DNA from: Albugo candida
Taxonomy: Eukaryota
Direction: 5' to 3'
Assembly (NCBI GenBank): GCA_040437565.1
Contig: JBDOQK010000023.1
Location: forward strand, 186,028-250,000
DNA: 63,973 bases
Below are positions 62,773 through 63,973 of the stretch, piece after piece (position 1 is the first letter of the stretch; each line of letters opens with the position of its first letter). A model generated the notes under the pieces. It saw nothing but the letters and a program-made list of their open reading frames with translations. It ran no database searches and was not told where the DNA came from. Both the position numbers and the translations under genes were made by a program.

Positions 62773-63973
62773 TACTGTACGAATCTCAAAGCCCCTTGAG
62801 TCCACCAATCAAATGCTGGATCGCTATGTCAACGTTCTTCAATCGATTCATTTCTTCTTGGTCTAAATGTGCTCAACACAAGCTTCATAACGTAATTTTG
62901 TATGTTGTTTGCAATTCAGTTGCAAAAACGTTTGCCCATTGAGCGATAGCATTGCACGATGTGATATGCCTTTTACGGCTCTAAATTCGAAGATGCGGAT
63001 AGGTGTAGCGAGCGTTGCTACTGCCTCTAATGATCGAATAGGCTCGGACTATTTGCTGTATCTCAGAACGCGAGCGATTTTTTAGGGAGATTGACATAAC
63101 TGAGAGAGTGCTATTTCTGTGAGATATGTCTTTGCTTCGATAATTTTCAAAATTTTAAAAATTTCAGACTTTCGACTGCACAATGTGACCGTTGTGTATC
63201 GAATAATCGACCGTTGGTGTATGGCATATGCAGCCATTGAGAAACGAGGCTGTGCATTAGATGCTGACTACTACGAAAGCATTTGGATTCGACGCAGCAA
63301 TAATCTGAGAATGAGTTCAAAACCGCAAACAAGTCGTGTTTCAGGTGATCTTTGTGATTGTGAATCGATTCTCACACCACTTTGATTGATGCGAACATTT
63401 CTTTTCACTCAAATGACATATACCGCTATTATTCCTATACAAAACACATTACTTCAACAGGTAGTCCTCGCTTCTCTCATCTACCCATATTTGCAAAGGG
63501 TATTTATTTCCATGGAAGGACATCCACTTGGTTAAACACATCCCCGGTTCGACTCAAAACAAATTGCATCTGCATGCGCTGAGTTGTCACTGTAAACCGN
63601 NNNNNNNNNNNNNNNNNNNNNNNNNNNNNNNNNNNNNNNNNNNNNNNNNNNNNNNNNNNNNNNNNNNNNNNNNNNNNNNNNNNNNNNNNNNNNNNNNNNT
63701 CGAACACATCATTGGCTGAGAGTAACTGCCATTGTGCTGCGATTGCAATAAACACACATCGCATTGCTCTTGTATATATATGTAAAAATAATGTTAACGT
63801 GATGTATTTCACATCTATTTTGTGACAGATGTTCACAGACGTACAGTACCTTACAAAATCGCTCTGACTGCGATGAAACCTTGCTTTTAAGATAGATATG
63901 GGACAAACGACTTTCGCTAATCGTATCGTTAGTACAATATCATATAATGTCTACTCATATAGTCCCAATCAAC

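Noticed and set aside
1-63973. CRISPR arrays, tRNA/rRNA genes and prokaryotic defence systems
   Set aside because: No repeat-spacer array or structural RNA signature was seen by eye, and the sequence is eukaryotic

Overview
Eukaryotic, intron-containing genomic scaffold. Its compact gene spacing, short GT-AG introns, INR+FPR-type core promoter and gene repertoire fit an oomycete, plausibly Albugo-like (inference). It has 13 spacer gaps of 100 N. Nine are flanked by essentially identical unmerged overlaps (assembly artefacts), and one is flanked by two copies that differ by about 5%. Genes in order: WDR54-like WD40 protein, dynein light chain roadblock, two tandem AAAP amino-acid permeases, two tandem MLO-like membrane proteins with C-terminal EF-hand-like motifs, a DEP-like/PH-like/glutathione peroxidase fusion with a substituted catalytic tetrad, a 2-oxoglutarate/malate-type mitochondrial carrier, an HSF-type transcription factor, a coiled-coil protein, an M20 acetylornithine deacetylase, a C1-domain diacylglycerol kinase, organellar release factor 2, a non-LTR retrotransposon 3' fragment, myo-inositol oxygenase, a zf-UBP USP deubiquitinase with an internal ubiquitin-like insert, several hypothetical genes, a possible FAAP100-like gene and a degenerate pepsin-like protein. 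The most interesting signals are the GPx pseudoenzyme fusion, the MLO/EF-hand pair, the Ubl insert in the USP and the degenerate aspartic protease. No tRNA, rRNA or CRISPR was recognised. All family calls come from reading motifs by eye; no searches were run.
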